Assembly (NCBI GenBank): GCA_963796725.1
Contig: CAWCMT010000001.1
Coordinates: forward strand, 756,437-820,436
Length of the DNA stretch: 64,000 nt
Reading direction: 5' to 3'
Origin: an uncultured Actinomycetes bacterium
GTDB taxonomy: Bacteria > Actinomycetota > UBA4738 > HRBIN12
Position 1 is the stretch's first letter; the number at the start of each line of letters is the position of its first letter. The position numbers and the translations under genes were made by a program. The notes below the pieces were generated by a model. It had not been told where the DNA came from. It saw nothing but the letters and a program-made list of their open reading frames with translations, and searched no databases. Below are positions 29,366 to 41,520 of this stretch, one piece after another.

Positions 29366-30598
29366 ATGAGCGGGCGGGCACGACTGGAGGGGCATCACGG
29401 GCGCGGACACGACCTTCGCCGCAGGTACGCCGAGCCTGCTGCGCGCCATCAACGAGCGCACCGTCCTCGAGTTCATCCGGCAGGGTGGCCCCGCATCCCG
29501 GGCCCAGATCGCTCGTGGGTCGGGCCTGTCGAAACCCACCGTGTCGCAGGCGCTGACCGCCCTGGAGGCCGCCAGGCTGGTCCGCGAGGCGGGTCGCACC
29601 TCGGGCGGCAAGGGGCCGACCGCTGTCCTTTACGAGATGAACCCCACCGCCGGTTGGGTGGTCGGGCTGGACGTCGGTCGGGATCGCGTCCGGGGCGCCA
29701 TCGCCGACCTCACGGGTGAGATCGCCGCGCATCGCGACGAGCGCGCCCGTCCGAAGAGCGCGGCATCGCTGATCGCGCAACTCGGTGAGATCGCGCACGG
29801 GCTGGCCGCCGAGGCCGGCATCGGGTGGCGGCAGGTCACCGTGGCGGTGGTGGGCAGTCCGGGGTCTTCGAGCCCAGCCGCGGGAAGGTGACGCTGGCAC
29901 ACAACCTGCCCGGCTGGGGCCGCGTGGGGCTCGTCGAGTCTCTCCAGGCGGAGCTCGGGACCAAGGTCGACTTCGAGAACGACGTGAACCTCGCCACGCT
30001 GGGTGAGCGCTGGCGGGGCCTGGGCCGCGACGTCGACGATTTCGTTTACCTCCATGTGGGGACCGGCGTAGGGATGGGCTTGGTGCTCGGTGGAGAGCTG
30101 TACCGGGGCGCCACCGGGATCGCGGGCGAGGTGGGGTACCTTCCCCTGGCCGCCGATCCCCATGAGCTGCGGAACCGCCGCCAGGGGGCGCTCGAGAGCG
30201 CCCTGGGCGCCAAGGCGGTGATCGCCGCGGCCCGTGCAGAGGGGATGCCATCGGCGCAGTCGCCCGCGCGGATCTTCGCGGCCGCGCGAAGGGGCGACGA
30301 ACGTGCGCTCCGCGTCGTCGGAACGGTCGCGGAGCGGATCGCACTTGCGCTGGCGGCCGTGATCCCGGTGGTCGATCCGGCGCTCGTGATCCTGGGCGGG
30401 GGGGTTGGGCGCAACGGCGACCTGCTGCTCGAGCCGGTCCGCAGGGAGCTCGCCGAGCTCTCGCCGTTCCATCCGGACGTCGAAGTGTCGGCGCTCGGGG
30501 AGGATGCCGAGTTGGTGGGCGCCGTGTCCATGGCCCTCCGCGCGGCGCAGGACCGGCTCTTCAGTCGGTCATCCGGACGAGGCGGCATCGCCGTATGA
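29366..30598 (+). pseudogene. ROK-family transcriptional repressor (NagC/CsnR-like), about 2 frameshifts
   Basis: wHTH: SLLRAINERTVLEFIRQGGPASRAQIARGSGLSKPTVSQALTALEAARLV. ROK core: GLDVGRDRVRGAIADL...VTVAVVGSPG, then a shift at 29860-29863 (GGGG is one G short), then VFEPSRGKVTLAHNLPGW...ENDVNLATLGE...GTGVGMGLVL...GEVGYLP in ORF 29825-30598. The frame carrying the HTH has no start codon after its upstream stop at 29367-29369. An indel within the first ~12 codons after the ATG at 29366 is therefore inferred. Confidence 0.8.
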
Positions 30599-30689
30599 GC
30601 CGGGTAGGGGCCGGCGACGTAGCCGACCCGGGGCAGCGATGTAGTTGTGAGGCCGGCGACCACGTGTCGCAGAGGGAGGGAGGACCCGG

Positions 30690-32039
30690 ATGAGAAGGAT
30701 CATGATCGGACTGGCTGCGTTCGCGCTGTTGGCGGGTGCGTGTAGCGGCGGGGGAGGAACCGAATCAGCGAGCGCCATCAATACGGAGTCCGGCGCTTCT
30801 CACGCTCCCGTCGAGATCCAGATCTGGACCGCGTGGACGGGACGCGAGTTCAAGCAGTTCAGCGCGATCTTCCCCAACTTCGAGAAGCAGTATCCGTGGA
30901 TCACCGTGAAGCCTGTCCCCGGTGTCGATGACACGAAGATGCAGGCGGCCATCAACTCGGGGACACCCCCTGATGCGGTGCTCTCGTTCGGGCTGGACAA
31001 CGTCGGCAAGTACTGCCAGTCAGGCGCGTGGCAAGACCTCACGCCCTACATCGCGAGCACGAATCCGAACCCCGATGAGTTCACCGCGCAGTTCCCCGAG
31101 TCGGTCTTCAAGTACACGAGCTTCGCCGGGAGCCAATGCGCCCTGCCGTTCCTCACCGACGCCTACGGCCTGTATTACAACAAGGACCTGTTCGCGAAGG
31201 CGAACATCAGCTCGCCGCCGAAGACCCTCTCCGAGCTCACGGCCGACGCCAAGAAGCTCACGGTCTTCAACCCGGACGGCTCGGTGAAGGTCATGGGGCT
31301 CGTGCCCTTCATGGGCTACTACGAGACGAACCCCGTCACTTACGGCGTGCCCTTCGGCGCGAGCTGGTATTCCTCGGACGGTTCGACCTCGGCGATCGCC
31401 ACGGATCCCGCCTGGAAGGACCTCGCGAACTGGCAGAAGAGCCTGATCGACTTCTACGGTGGCCCCGACGTGGTGACGAAGTTCGTGGCCGCGCAGGGCG
31501 ACGAGTTCTCTAGCTCGCAGGACTTCGAGACCGGACGCATCGCCATGAACATGGACGGCGAGTGGCGCACGGCCTTCATCGCGGACGAGACGCCGAACCT
31601 CAACTACGGGACGGCGCCGTTCCCGGTGCCCGACGCGAACGCCTCGCAGTACGGCATCGGGCAGATCGGCGGGACGATCATCGGGATCCCCAAGGGTTCG
31701 CCGCATCCGCAGGAGGCCTGGCTCCTGGATCAATGGATGGCGACGGACACGGCCACCCTGGTCTACATGGCGAATAACGTCCGCAACGTCCCGACGACAT
31801 TCGCGTCGCTGGACTCGCCTGACCTGGATGTCACGCCGCAGTTCAAGACCTTCCTCGACATCTTCAAGAACCCGGGGTCTCACGACAAGGAGACGTCGGC
31901 GATCGGCGCGCAGGACCAGGATCTGTTCGGCAACTTCCTGGAGAAGTGGCAGGCCGGAAAGGTGGCGGACCTTCAGGCCGGGCTGGATCAGACCGCACAG
32001 CAGATCAACGACGCTCTGCAGCAGGCGCAGGCGCCGTAG
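30690..32039 (+). CDS. Sugar ABC transporter substrate-binding lipoprotein (family 1)
   Basis: 449 aa, intact. Lipobox LLAGAC. GGAGGGAGGA RBS. Typical SBP_bac_1 features (IWTAWTGRE..., GLYYNKDLF). Confidence 0.85.
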   Translation: MRRIMIGLAAFALLAGACSGGGGTESASAINTESGASHAPVEIQIWTAWTGREFKQFSAIFPNFEKQYPWITVKPVPGVDDTKMQAAINSGTPPDAVLSFGLDNVGKYCQSGAWQDLTPYIASTNPNPDEFTAQFPESVFKYTSFAGSQCALPFLTDAYGLYYNKDLFAKANISSPPKTLSELTADAKKLTVFNPDGSVKVMGLVPFMGYYETNPVTYGVPFGASWYSSDGSTSAIATDPAWKDLANWQKSLIDFYGGPDVVTKFVAAQGDEFSSSQDFETGRIAMNMDGEWRTAFIADETPNLNYGTAPFPVPDANASQYGIGQIGGTIIGIPKGSPHPQEAWLLDQWMATDTATLVYMANNVRNVPTTFASLDSPDLDVTPQFKTFLDIFKNPGSHDKETSAIGAQDQDLFGNFLEKWQAGKVADLQAGLDQTAQQINDALQQAQAP

Positions 32040-32135
32040 CGAGAGGAGTCCGCGATAGCCACTCCGCAGCTCGCTGGCGTCGCCGTCGGGGCCGGGACCC
32101 GCAAGACCCGGCCCCGACGGCGTACGCCATGGGTC

Positions 32136-33032
32136 ATGGTGCTGCTGTTCATGTCGCCGTGGATCGTCGGCTTCACGGCCCTGATCCTGTATCCGATGAT
32201 CGCGAGCCTCTATTACTCATTCACGCACTACGACCTGCTGTCCACCCCCCACTGGATCGGCCTGGCGAACTATCGCTTCATGTTCACGAAGGACCCGTTC
32301 TTCTGGTTGTCCGTGAGGAACACGATCTGGATCATCGTCGTCGGGGTGCCCCTGCAGATCGTCTTCGCCATCGCCACGGCCACGCTGCTCACGAGGCCGC
32401 GCAAGGCGATCAAGAGTTACCGGACCATGTACTTCCTGCCCTCGATGGCGCCCCCGGTTGCAGCAGCCCTTGGCTTCGTCTACCTGTTCAACCCTGCGTT
32501 CGGTCCGGTCAACCAGGTGTTGTCCGCGTTGGGCATGAAGAACCCGCCGCTATGGTTCCTCTCACCCTCGACGTCGAAGTGGGGGCTGGTGATCCTGGGG
32601 CTCTGGGGCATCGGGGACGCCATGATCATCTTCTTGGCCGGGTTGTTAGACGTCCCGCGACAGCTGTACGAAGCGGCGGACATCGAGGGAGCGAAAGCCT
32701 GGCAGAAGTTCCGGTACGTGACGCTGCCCATGATCACGCCGGTGATCTTCTTCACGCTCGTGACCGGCATCATCTACGGGTTCCAGTACTTCACGCAGGC
32801 CTACGTCACCGCGACCACGAGCGCTGCGGATCCGACGAGCCTCGGCTATCCGGAGGGGTCGCTCCTGTTCTACTCGACCTACCTGTACCAGCAGGGCTTC
32901 TCGTACTTCAAGATGGGGTACGCCTCCGCGCTGGCGTGGGTGCTCTTCTTCATCACGATGGTCTGCACCCTGATCCTGATCCGCACCTCGAACCGTTGGG
33001 TGCACTACCAGGGCGGAGGGATGTTCAAGTGA
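32136..33032 (+). CDS. Sugar ABC transporter permease (MalF/UgpA-like)
   Basis: 298 aa, 6 TM. LFMSPWIVGF start region. EAA-type loop LYEAADIEGAKAWQKFRYVTLPMI. The in-frame upstream stretch (TRKTRPRRRTPWV) lacks any ATG/GTG/TTG, so the annotated start may be slightly short. Confidence 0.85.
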   Translation: MVLLFMSPWIVGFTALILYPMIASLYYSFTHYDLLSTPHWIGLANYRFMFTKDPFFWLSVRNTIWIIVVGVPLQIVFAIATATLLTRPRKAIKSYRTMYFLPSMAPPVAAALGFVYLFNPAFGPVNQVLSALGMKNPPLWFLSPSTSKWGLVILGLWGIGDAMIIFLAGLLDVPRQLYEAADIEGAKAWQKFRYVTLPMITPVIFFTLVTGIIYGFQYFTQAYVTATTSAADPTSLGYPEGSLLFYSTYLYQQGFSYFKMGYASALAWVLFFITMVCTLILIRTSNRWVHYQGGGMFK

Positions 33033-33946
33033 GCTCCCGGATGGGGATCCCCAAGGGGGGTGAGGGGCTGGCGATCACCGATGCTTTCGCGATCGAAGCT
33101 CGTCCCATCCCGGCGGGGGTTCGCCGCCATCGCGTACTGGGCTCGGTGATCGACAACACGCTGTTGATCGTCGTCGCGGCGATGTTCATGGTGCCGCTCA
33201 CCTTCATCGTCCTGACGTCGCTCATGACGGATCGGCAGTCCCTGTCGGCGCATGTGTGGCCGAACCCGTTCGTGTGGCACAACTACGTCGATATCTTCCA
33301 GCAGATCCCGCTGCTGCGGTACACGTGGAACACGGTGCAGATCGCCGTGCTGTCCACCGTCGGAACGGTGGTCAGCTGCATCCCAGTCGCCTATGCGCTC
33401 AGTCGCATGGAGTGGCGCGGACGGCAGGCTTCCTTCGTGGTGGTCCTGTCGACGATGATGCTGCCCTTCCAGGTCACGATCATCCCCCTGTACGTGGTCT
33501 TCGTGCGCTGGCACTGGATCGGGCACCTGACGCCGCTGATCGCGCCGTCGTTCTTCGGGGACGCGTTCTCGATCTTCCTGCTCCGGCAGTTCTTCATGTC
33601 GATCCCGGAGGATCTGTCGGACGCGGCGCGGGTGGACGGGGCGAGCGAGTGGCAGATCATGACCCGGGTGATCGTGCCCCTGGCGAAGCCGGCCATCGCC
33701 GCCGTGGCGCTCTTCAACTTCCTCTACGCCTGGAACGATTTCTTCGCGCCCTTGCTGTTCCTGGGGAACAACCCGAACCTCTATACGCTGCAGCTCGGCC
33801 TGCTGGAGTTCCGCGGGATGCACCACGTGCAGTGGAACCTCACGATGGCGGCCTCCGTCGTGGTGATGATCCCCCTGATCATCCTGTTCTTCCTCGCCCA
33901 GCGGGTCTTCATCGAAGGGGTCACGCTCACCGGCGTGAAAGGGTGA
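33029..33946 (+). CDS. Sugar ABC transporter permease (MalG/UgpE-like)
   Basis: The GTG at 33029 overlaps the upstream stop (GTGA); an alternative ATG lies at 33041. EAA loop LSDAARVDGASEWQIMTRVIVPLAKPAI. 6 TM. It is part of the long ORF 31946-33946, whose 5' portion is spurious. Confidence 0.85.
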   Translation: MSSRMGIPKGGEGLAITDAFAIEARPIPAGVRRHRVLGSVIDNTLLIVVAAMFMVPLTFIVLTSLMTDRQSLSAHVWPNPFVWHNYVDIFQQIPLLRYTWNTVQIAVLSTVGTVVSCIPVAYALSRMEWRGRQASFVVVLSTMMLPFQVTIIPLYVVFVRWHWIGHLTPLIAPSFFGDAFSIFLLRQFFMSIPEDLSDAARVDGASEWQIMTRVIVPLAKPAIAAVALFNFLYAWNDFFAPLLFLGNNPNLYTLQLGLLEFRGMHHVQWNLTMAASVVVMIPLIILFFLAQRVFIEGVTLTGVKG

Positions 33947-33950
33947 CGCC

Positions 33951-35721
33951 GTGACGTTCCGTGCGTGCGAGTTGCACTACTTCCGCGTACCGCGCGATCT
34001 CTGGGAGCTCTACCTCCTGAGGGCTGGCCAGCTGGGCGTGGATACGATCAGCACCTACATCCCCTGGTTCTGGCACGAGCCCGAGCCGGGCACGTTCGAT
34101 CTCACCGGGGCAACCGATGAGCGACGTGACCTCCAGGGGTTCGTGGATCTGATCCAGGGATTCGGGTACGGGTTCATAGCGAAGCCGGGGCCGTTCATCG
34201 ACGCGGAGACGATCGGGGGCGGGGTACCACCGTGGCTGTTCCGCGACCACCCGGAGATCGTCGCCAAGCGGTTCAACGGCGATCCGTTCCGCCACTGGGA
34301 CTCGCACGAGGTGCGCGCGACGTACGGCATCCGGCCTACGTGGAGGCCGTCGGTCGCTGGTTCGACGCCGTGACGCCGATCCTGTGCGCCGTCCAGGATC
34401 GAGGTGGGCTCACCGCCGTGCAGGTCGACAACGAGTGTCCGGGCGACGGCATGTGGTCCTACGAGATGGATCCACCATCGCCGAACCGTGCCGACTTCAA
34501 TGAGCCCTGGACCGACCGGGCGTTCTCCATGCCTCGGGCGTGGCCCTCGCCGCCACCTTCGTCCCTCGAGGAGCTCGAGCCCTTCGTCGAGCTGGAGCGC
34601 TACGCCGACGAGCAGATGACCGGCGGGGTGGCGATCTTCGCGCAGCAGCTTCGGGAGCGCGGGATCGTTGCGCCGCTCTTCCACGACATGAACTGCGGGC
34701 GCTGGGAGATCAGCCCGATGCTCTGCGACATGGGCAAGCTGTCGCGAGCCGTCGGCGGCTGGCTGGGTTCCAACGTCTACGCGGAGGACGTGCGCGACGC
34801 GTTCGTCGCTACGGGGGAGTACCGCTACTCCTTCGAGGAGTACGTGCATTTCGGGCACTGGCGACCGCGGCTGATGCGGTCCTACGCGCCGGAGCATCCG
34901 GTCTTCTCCCCGGAGATCGCCTCGGTGGGAGACGTGTATCTCCATGCCCCGATGATGGGCGGCACGGAGGCCTGGTGCATCTACATGCTCCACCAGGTGC
35001 CGGATGACCCGCCCGACGTCGGCGCCTATCCCTCGTGGGCGATGGAGGCGCCGATGACCCGCGAGGGCGAGCCCACCGAACACTTCTGGGACGCCAAGAC
35101 GCTGTTCACCTACCTGGGCGCCGTCATGCCGGGGATGCGCTCGGCGTCGTTACCCGCGGACGTCGTCCTCACCTACGACCGGACGCCGGAGCTCGCGGCC
35201 TCCTGGGCCGAGATCGACGGCGCCGGCTGGCCCGAGGGCGACCCCTTCGGGGCCGAGGTGCGCTCGATGAACCATGGGCGGCGGTCCCAGGAGCTGGCGC
35301 AGGAACTGGTGAGGCGCCAGGTCGAGTTCGATGTCGTGGATGTGCGGTATGCCGAGGAGGGATGGGCATCCCGCTACCGGCACGTGCTCGAGCCCGGGGA
35401 CCGCGTACCCGACGATCCCGGGCTGCGGCATGCGTGGACAGACGCAGAGGGCGTGGACGTGACCCCGCGGTTCGGCGTCGGGGGCGCACATCTACCTCAC
35501 GTTCCTCAACCGGACGCAGGAACGGCGCGAGGGGATCGCGACCTGGCGCGGGGGTGGGGAGATCACGTTCGCGATGGATGGCCCGAAGCTCTGCGCCGCC
35601 CACCTCTCGGCGTCGGGCGAGGTCCGCTCAGCGATCCTGGGCGGGCCGGGCGTCGCTGGGCGCCGTGTGGTTCACGGGCCGGCTGGGCGCGGTCGTCGAT
35701 GTCGAGGGCTCCTACCGATGA
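33951..35721 (+). pseudogene. GH35-like glycoside hydrolase (beta-galactosidase / exo-beta-D-glucosaminidase family), 3 or more frameshifts
   Basis: VTFRACELHYFRVPRDLWELYLLRAGQLGVDTISTYIPWFWHEPEPGTFDL...IAKPGPFIDAETIGGGVPPWL (GH35 N-terminal signature). Then HPAYVEAVGRWFDAV...LTAVQVDNECPG (acid/base NE) in ORF 34232-35734. The tail lies in the frames of ORFs 35574 and 35035 (...GRLGAVVDVEGSYR*). Junctions are at about 34322-34332, 35480-35500 and 35640-35660. Confidence 0.7.
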
Positions 35722-36102
35722 CGTCGACCGATGAGGAGTGTTCCACGTCCCGTGCGGGGGCGGCCGGTCACCGCCTCACGTGCAACGGCGCGCTGCACCC
35801 CTGGAGCGAGGCCGAGGGCGACACCGTGCAGTACGTGAGGTGGACGGCGACGGTCGCACGGACTGCTCTTCGTGGGCGACTCCCCGAACGGCACGCCGCG
35901 CGCGTCGACACCTTCCGCTAGTCTCATGGCCGAGCGCATCGGCGGGGATACCGACTGGGACGCGCTCCAGCGGGCGTTCGTGCTCTCGCGCGGGTGGTGG
36001 GCGATCTCGCCACCGCCGAGGATCTCGGAATGTTGGCTCGTGCGGCTCGCGACCTCGGCAGCTCACGATCGCCGACCGCGAACGCGCTCGAGGCGATCAG
36101 GG

Positions 36103-36106
<4 letters not shown>
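35718..36106 (+). pseudogene. Short frame-disrupted ORF of unknown function between the GH35-like and GH1 genes
   Basis: The ATG at 35718 overlaps the GH35 stop (ATGA). Segments with coding-like GC3 lie in three frames: TCNGALHPWSEAEGDTVQYVRWTATVA, then LLFVGDSPNGTPRAS...MAERIGGDTDWDALQRAFVLSRG, then VVGDLATAEDLGMLARAARDLG. The TGA at 36104-36106 overlaps the GH1 GTG (GTGA). No family recognised. Confidence 0.3.
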
Positions 36107-37477
<1,371 letters not shown>

Positions 37478-37482
<5 letters not shown>

Positions 37483-38425
37483 CCAGGGTGGCGTTGTTCG
37501 GATGCGGATGGATCCAGGACTTCCACGCGCGCGGCGTCCTGGCGCACGGGGACCAGCTCGTCGCGGTCGCGAACCACCGCGAGGAGACCGCGGTCGCGTT
37601 CGCGAGCGGTACGGCATCCCGCGGGTCACGACCGACTGGGAGGCGCTCGCGGCCGACCCGGAGGTGGATGCCGCCGTCGTTCGACGCCGAACGCGCTGCA
37701 CGCTCCGCAGGCGATCGCGCTCCTTCGAGCCGGCTAAGCACGTGCTCGTGGAGAAGCCGATGGCCACGAGCGTGTCCGAAGCCGACGCCATGATCGAGGC
37801 CGCCCGACGCTCGGGCGCATCGCTGATGGTGGCGCACTGCTGGCGGTTCCGCGAGGAGGTCATCGCCATGCGTGATCGGATCGCGGCGGGCGAGTTCGGT
37901 GAGGTCGTCAAGACTCGCGGCTACGGGGTCCATGCGGACTGGGGTCCGAGCGGTTGGTTCACCGATGCGATGCTGGCGGGAGGGGGCGCCCTGGTGGATA
38001 TGGGCGTGCACGCGATCGATACGGCGCGGTTCCTCCTCGGCGACCCGGAGCCGACGCGGGTGTGCGCCGCTGTGGGCACCCGTTACGCTGAGGGGCGCTA
38101 CGCGGTCGACGACGACGGCATCCTGCTGATCGGATGGTCGAACGGGACGAACAGCCTGGTTGAGTCAGGGTGGTGGCAGCCGCACCTCGGAGGGCTGGAG
38201 GCCGACACGGAGGTGTACGGCACCGGGGGCTACGCGCGGATCTGGCCGCCCGAGGATCCCGGCGAGGGCTACGAACACTGCACACAGCCGATGTACTCGG
38301 CGCAGGTCGCCGAGTTCCTGGACGCCATCCGGGACGGGCGCCAGCCTCGGCCCTCGGGCGAGGACGGCCGCGTGGTGATGCGCATCGTCGAGGACGCGTA
38401 CGCTAGCGCGGCGGGGGAGGCGTGA
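37478..38425 (+). pseudogene. Gfo/Idh/MocA-family NAD(P)-dependent oxidoreductase, 3 frameshifts
   Basis: MTRVALFGCGWIQDFHARGVLA...AVAFA, shift at about 37604-37608 (gcgagcgg, expected gcgGagcgg), ERYGIPRVTTDWEALAADPEVDAAVV, shift, STPNALHAPQAIALLRAG (third frame), shift, KHVLVEKPMATS...MVAHCWRF in ORF 37502-38425. Confidence 0.8.
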
Positions 38426-39318
38426 CCGTCGTGCTCGGCGTCGACGGAGGCGGCACCAAGACCCACGCGACGGTGGCCGACGAGCGGGGATGCTTGCTGG
38501 GGTTCGGCGTGAGCGGGCCGTCCAACTGGGAGGACGACGGGGTTCGGAGATGGCCACGGCCGCGCTCACAGGCAGCGGTGCGCGAGGCGTCTGAGCGCGG
38601 CCGGGGTGGGGCACCCGAACGTGTCGACGGGATCGATCTTCGGGCTGGCGGGGATCGACTTCCCGTCGGACGTCGTGAGCGATTCGAACGGCGTGTGTCC
38701 CGGCTGCGATCGGGATGCGGCGGACCCCACCGCGTCGTCAACGACTCGTTCGTGGCATTGCGAGCGGGCACGAACCATCCGTGGGGCGTGGTGGTGATCT
38801 CCGGCACCGGGTCGGTCGTAGCCGGGCGGAACCCAGCCGGCGAGACGTTCCGCACGCTCGGGGCTGGGTCGCGCTGTTCGGCGACGACGGGGAGCGCTTC
38901 CGAGATATCGGCAGGCGGCGCTCGGGCGCCGTCGCGGCCGAAGCTGCCTCGGACGCGGACCGCACGACCGCTGATGACCGATCTGCTCTGTTCGCATGGC
39001 GGGAACGGACGGGCCGATGGAGCTGATCGAGGGTGTCGCGCGCGGCCGGATCGCGGACGCGTCCGGTTCGCGGCCGCGGTCGATGGAGGCCGCCGAGGCG
39101 CGGCGATCTGGCGGCCCGGAGGATCCTGGAGCAGGCGGGTGCCTCCCTCGGCGACCTCGCGGGGCACGTCGCGCGGCGCCTCAGCTTGGATGGGTCGAGA
39201 GTTCGAATTGGTGCTCGCGGGTTCGATGTTCCGCGACGGTAACCGGATCATGCGCGCGCCGATCGAGGTCAACGATGGACGGCAAGGATGCGACACGACG
39301 GCGCGAAGTTCCCGCTGA
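38422..39318 (+). pseudogene. Second BadF/BadG/BcrA/BcrD-type sugar kinase, multiple frameshifts
   Basis: The GTG overlaps the upstream stop (GTGA). MTVVLGVDGGGTKTHATVADERGCLLGFGVSGPSNWEDDG, VVNDSFVALRAGTNHPWGVVVISGTGSVVAGRNPAGETFRTLG, LFGDDG...EIGRRALGAVAAE (other frames), EFELVLAGSMFRDGNRIMRAPIEV. The 3' end is uncertain and overlaps the next gene by about 30 nt as drawn. Confidence 0.65.
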
Positions 39319-40319
39319 CGATGGACGTCGGGGCCGCTGAGGCCCGGCTCCGCGAGCTCGCCGCCACGTCGATCGTCTGCACGATGGCCGAACCGTGGGC
39401 GCTGGTGGAGGGGAAGGTGCCTGAGCCGCTCGCTCGGATCGAGGCGGGCAACGTCGAGCTCACGCACCTGGCCGAGATAGCGGCCATCTCGCCAGAGGGC
39501 GCGACCCATGTGATCGGCCTGGGCGGGGGGTCGTCGATCGACACGGCGAAGTACCTCGCGGAGGCACGCTCGCTCCCGCTGGTACAGATCCCCTCGATCA
39601 TCTCCGTGGACGCGGCGTTCACGGCTCCCTACGGCTACCGGGACGGCTCGCGCGTCCGCTATGCGGGCGACCTGCGTCCGATCGAGGTCATCGCGGATCC
39701 GGCACTGATCCGTCGAGCGCCCCCCGAGCTCAACCGAGCGGGCGTGGGTGATCTCCTGAGCTGCTTCACCGGCCTGTACGACTGGCGGTTGGCCGTGGAG
39801 GGCGGCCGGGGCGACATCCCGTGGGACGAGGATGCGGCCGCCCTGAGCAGGTCGGTGATCGATCAGTTGGAGGCGGCCGCCGCCGAGATCGCGGCCGTCT
39901 CGGACGAAGGGGTCCGTTTCCTGGCCCGGATCCACCAGGAGGTGGGGGCGGGCTGCATCACCTACGGTCCCCGCTTCGAGGAGGGCAGCGAGCACTTCCT
40001 GGCCTACGCGTTCGAGTGGCTCACGAACGAGCATCGCGTTCACGGGCAGCTGATCAGCTGCTGCGTCCTGGCGATGTCCGCGATCCAGGGCAACGACCCC
40101 GAGCGCGCGGCACGGATCGTTCGGACGTCGAAGGTCGACGCCCGCCCCTCGCATCTGGGGATCGACGCGGCGCTCTTCACGAGGATGCTTATGGAGCTCC
40201 CCGGCTACACCGCGCGCGAGGGCCTGTGGCCGAGCGTCGTCGAGACGGTCGAGATGACGCCCGAGCTGATCTCGGCCACCTGGACCCACCTGATCGATGC
40301 CTCGGGGGACCGCGGCTGA
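39288..40319 (+). CDS. Glycerol-1-phosphate dehydrogenase / iron-containing ADH / DHQS-like superfamily protein, intact
   Basis: 343 aa. GLGGGSSIDTAKYLA glycine-rich nucleotide loop, PSIISVDAAFT, GVGDLLSCFTGLYDWRLA, EGSEHFLAYAFE...VHGQLIS (metal His residues). An alternative start is the ATG at 39321. Confidence 0.7.
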   Translation: MRHDGAKFPLTMDVGAAEARLRELAATSIVCTMAEPWALVEGKVPEPLARIEAGNVELTHLAEIAAISPEGATHVIGLGGGSSIDTAKYLAEARSLPLVQIPSIISVDAAFTAPYGYRDGSRVRYAGDLRPIEVIADPALIRRAPPELNRAGVGDLLSCFTGLYDWRLAVEGGRGDIPWDEDAAALSRSVIDQLEAAAAEIAAVSDEGVRFLARIHQEVGAGCITYGPRFEEGSEHFLAYAFEWLTNEHRVHGQLISCCVLAMSAIQGNDPERAARIVRTSKVDARPSHLGIDAALFTRMLMELPGYTAREGLWPSVVETVEMTPELISATWTHLIDASGDRG

Positions 40320-40337
40320 TCCGGACCCGACCGACGG

Positions 40338-41520
40338 ATGATCACCTCGATGACGCCTCCCCGTTTCCTCGCGGGGTTCCAGGGCGACCGGCGGGCGACG
40401 CACGTCCACCGCGATCTGTGGGTCCGGACGGTGGCGGTCCGTGAGGGCGACGGACGCCCATCCGTTCTCGCCGTGAGCGACCTGATCGGTATCGTGCGTG
40501 AAGATACGGTCGCCATCCGCCGGGCCGTCGCCGATCTCGATGCGGATGTCGTGGTTGCGGCAACGCACACGCACTCAGGTCCCGACACGATCGGGCTGTG
40601 GGGACCCGACCCGAGCACCCGGGGGGGTCGACGAGGCGTACCTCGCGGAGGTCAGGGGCAGGGTCGAGGCGTCGATCCGCGGCGCCGTCGCGACGCTCGA
40701 GCCCGCGGTGATCGCCGCTTGTGCGGGCGAGATCGACGGCGTGATCCAGAACTACCAGTGACCCTGGAGCACCCTCGATCGGCACGGTGGGGGTGTGGTG
40801 ACGTTCGATCGGACCGAGGGCGGCCTCGATCGCGACGCTCGTCAACGTGGGGGTCCATCCGGAGGTGCTCGACGGGCTCGAGCTACGTGTCGCCCGACCT
40901 CGCCGGCGCCGTTTGCCTCGCGGTCGAGGAGACCCGGGGCGGTGTCGCCGTATGGGCTAGCGGTGACCTCGGTGGTATGCAGTCCCCGGCGGAGGGTCCG
41001 AGGACGCCGGCGGAGGTGGATCGGAAGGCTGCCCTGGTCGCCGACGTTGTGACCTCGATACTCGAAGGCAGGCGGGAGGGCGACGGTCGGGTGGACTTCC
41101 GCGCCGCGGAGGTGTCACTTCCCCTGTGGAACCCGCGCTTCCGCCTCCACCTCGAGAGCGGGCTGCTCAGGGGCGATCTCCGACCGAACGGGACCCTCGT
41201 GACCGAGGTCGCGGCGGTGGATCTGGGCCTTGCGATCTTGGCGTGCTGGCCCGGCGAGGTCCTCCCCCGCACTGGGCATGACATCGAAGCTCGGGTTCGG
41301 AGACCGGGTTCCGATCCTGGTGGGCCTGGCCAACGACGAGCTCGGATACATCCTCCCGGAGGAGGTCTTCCGTGAGCCCCGGGACTGGGACGACCCCGGT
41401 GATCGCTACGAGGAAAGCATGAGCGTCGGCCCCCGAGCTGGCCTCCTGCTGCTCCGAGCCTTCGAAGCGCTGGTCGGCGGGCCCGAGGTTCCCGCAGGGC
41501 TCGTCCTAGCTGGTCGGCGT
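40338..41520 (+). pseudogene. Neutral/alkaline ceramidase-like N-terminal-domain hydrolase, 4 or more frameshifts; 3' end uncertain
   Basis: LAGFQGDRRATHVHRDLWVRTVAVREGDGRPSVLAVSDLIGI...VVVAATHTHSGPDTIGLWGPDP. Then GGVDEAYLAEVRGRVEASIRGAVATLEPAV in ORF 40498. Then SSYVSPDLAGAVCLAVEETRGGVAVWASGDLGGMQSP. Then VPILVGLANDELGYILPEE...GDRYEESMSVGP in ORF 41230. It overlaps the 3' end of the convergent ppx ORF. Confidence 0.6.

Noticed and set aside
41406-41520. A genuine ~100-nt convergent overlap of the ppx and ceramidase-like genes
   Set aside because: Both tails cannot be judged reliably. The ppx tail is Ser/Pro/Arg-rich and the ceramidase-like frame runs on antisense into ppx without a stop. 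More likely one or both ends are distorted by further indels, so the coordinates are given as approximate only.
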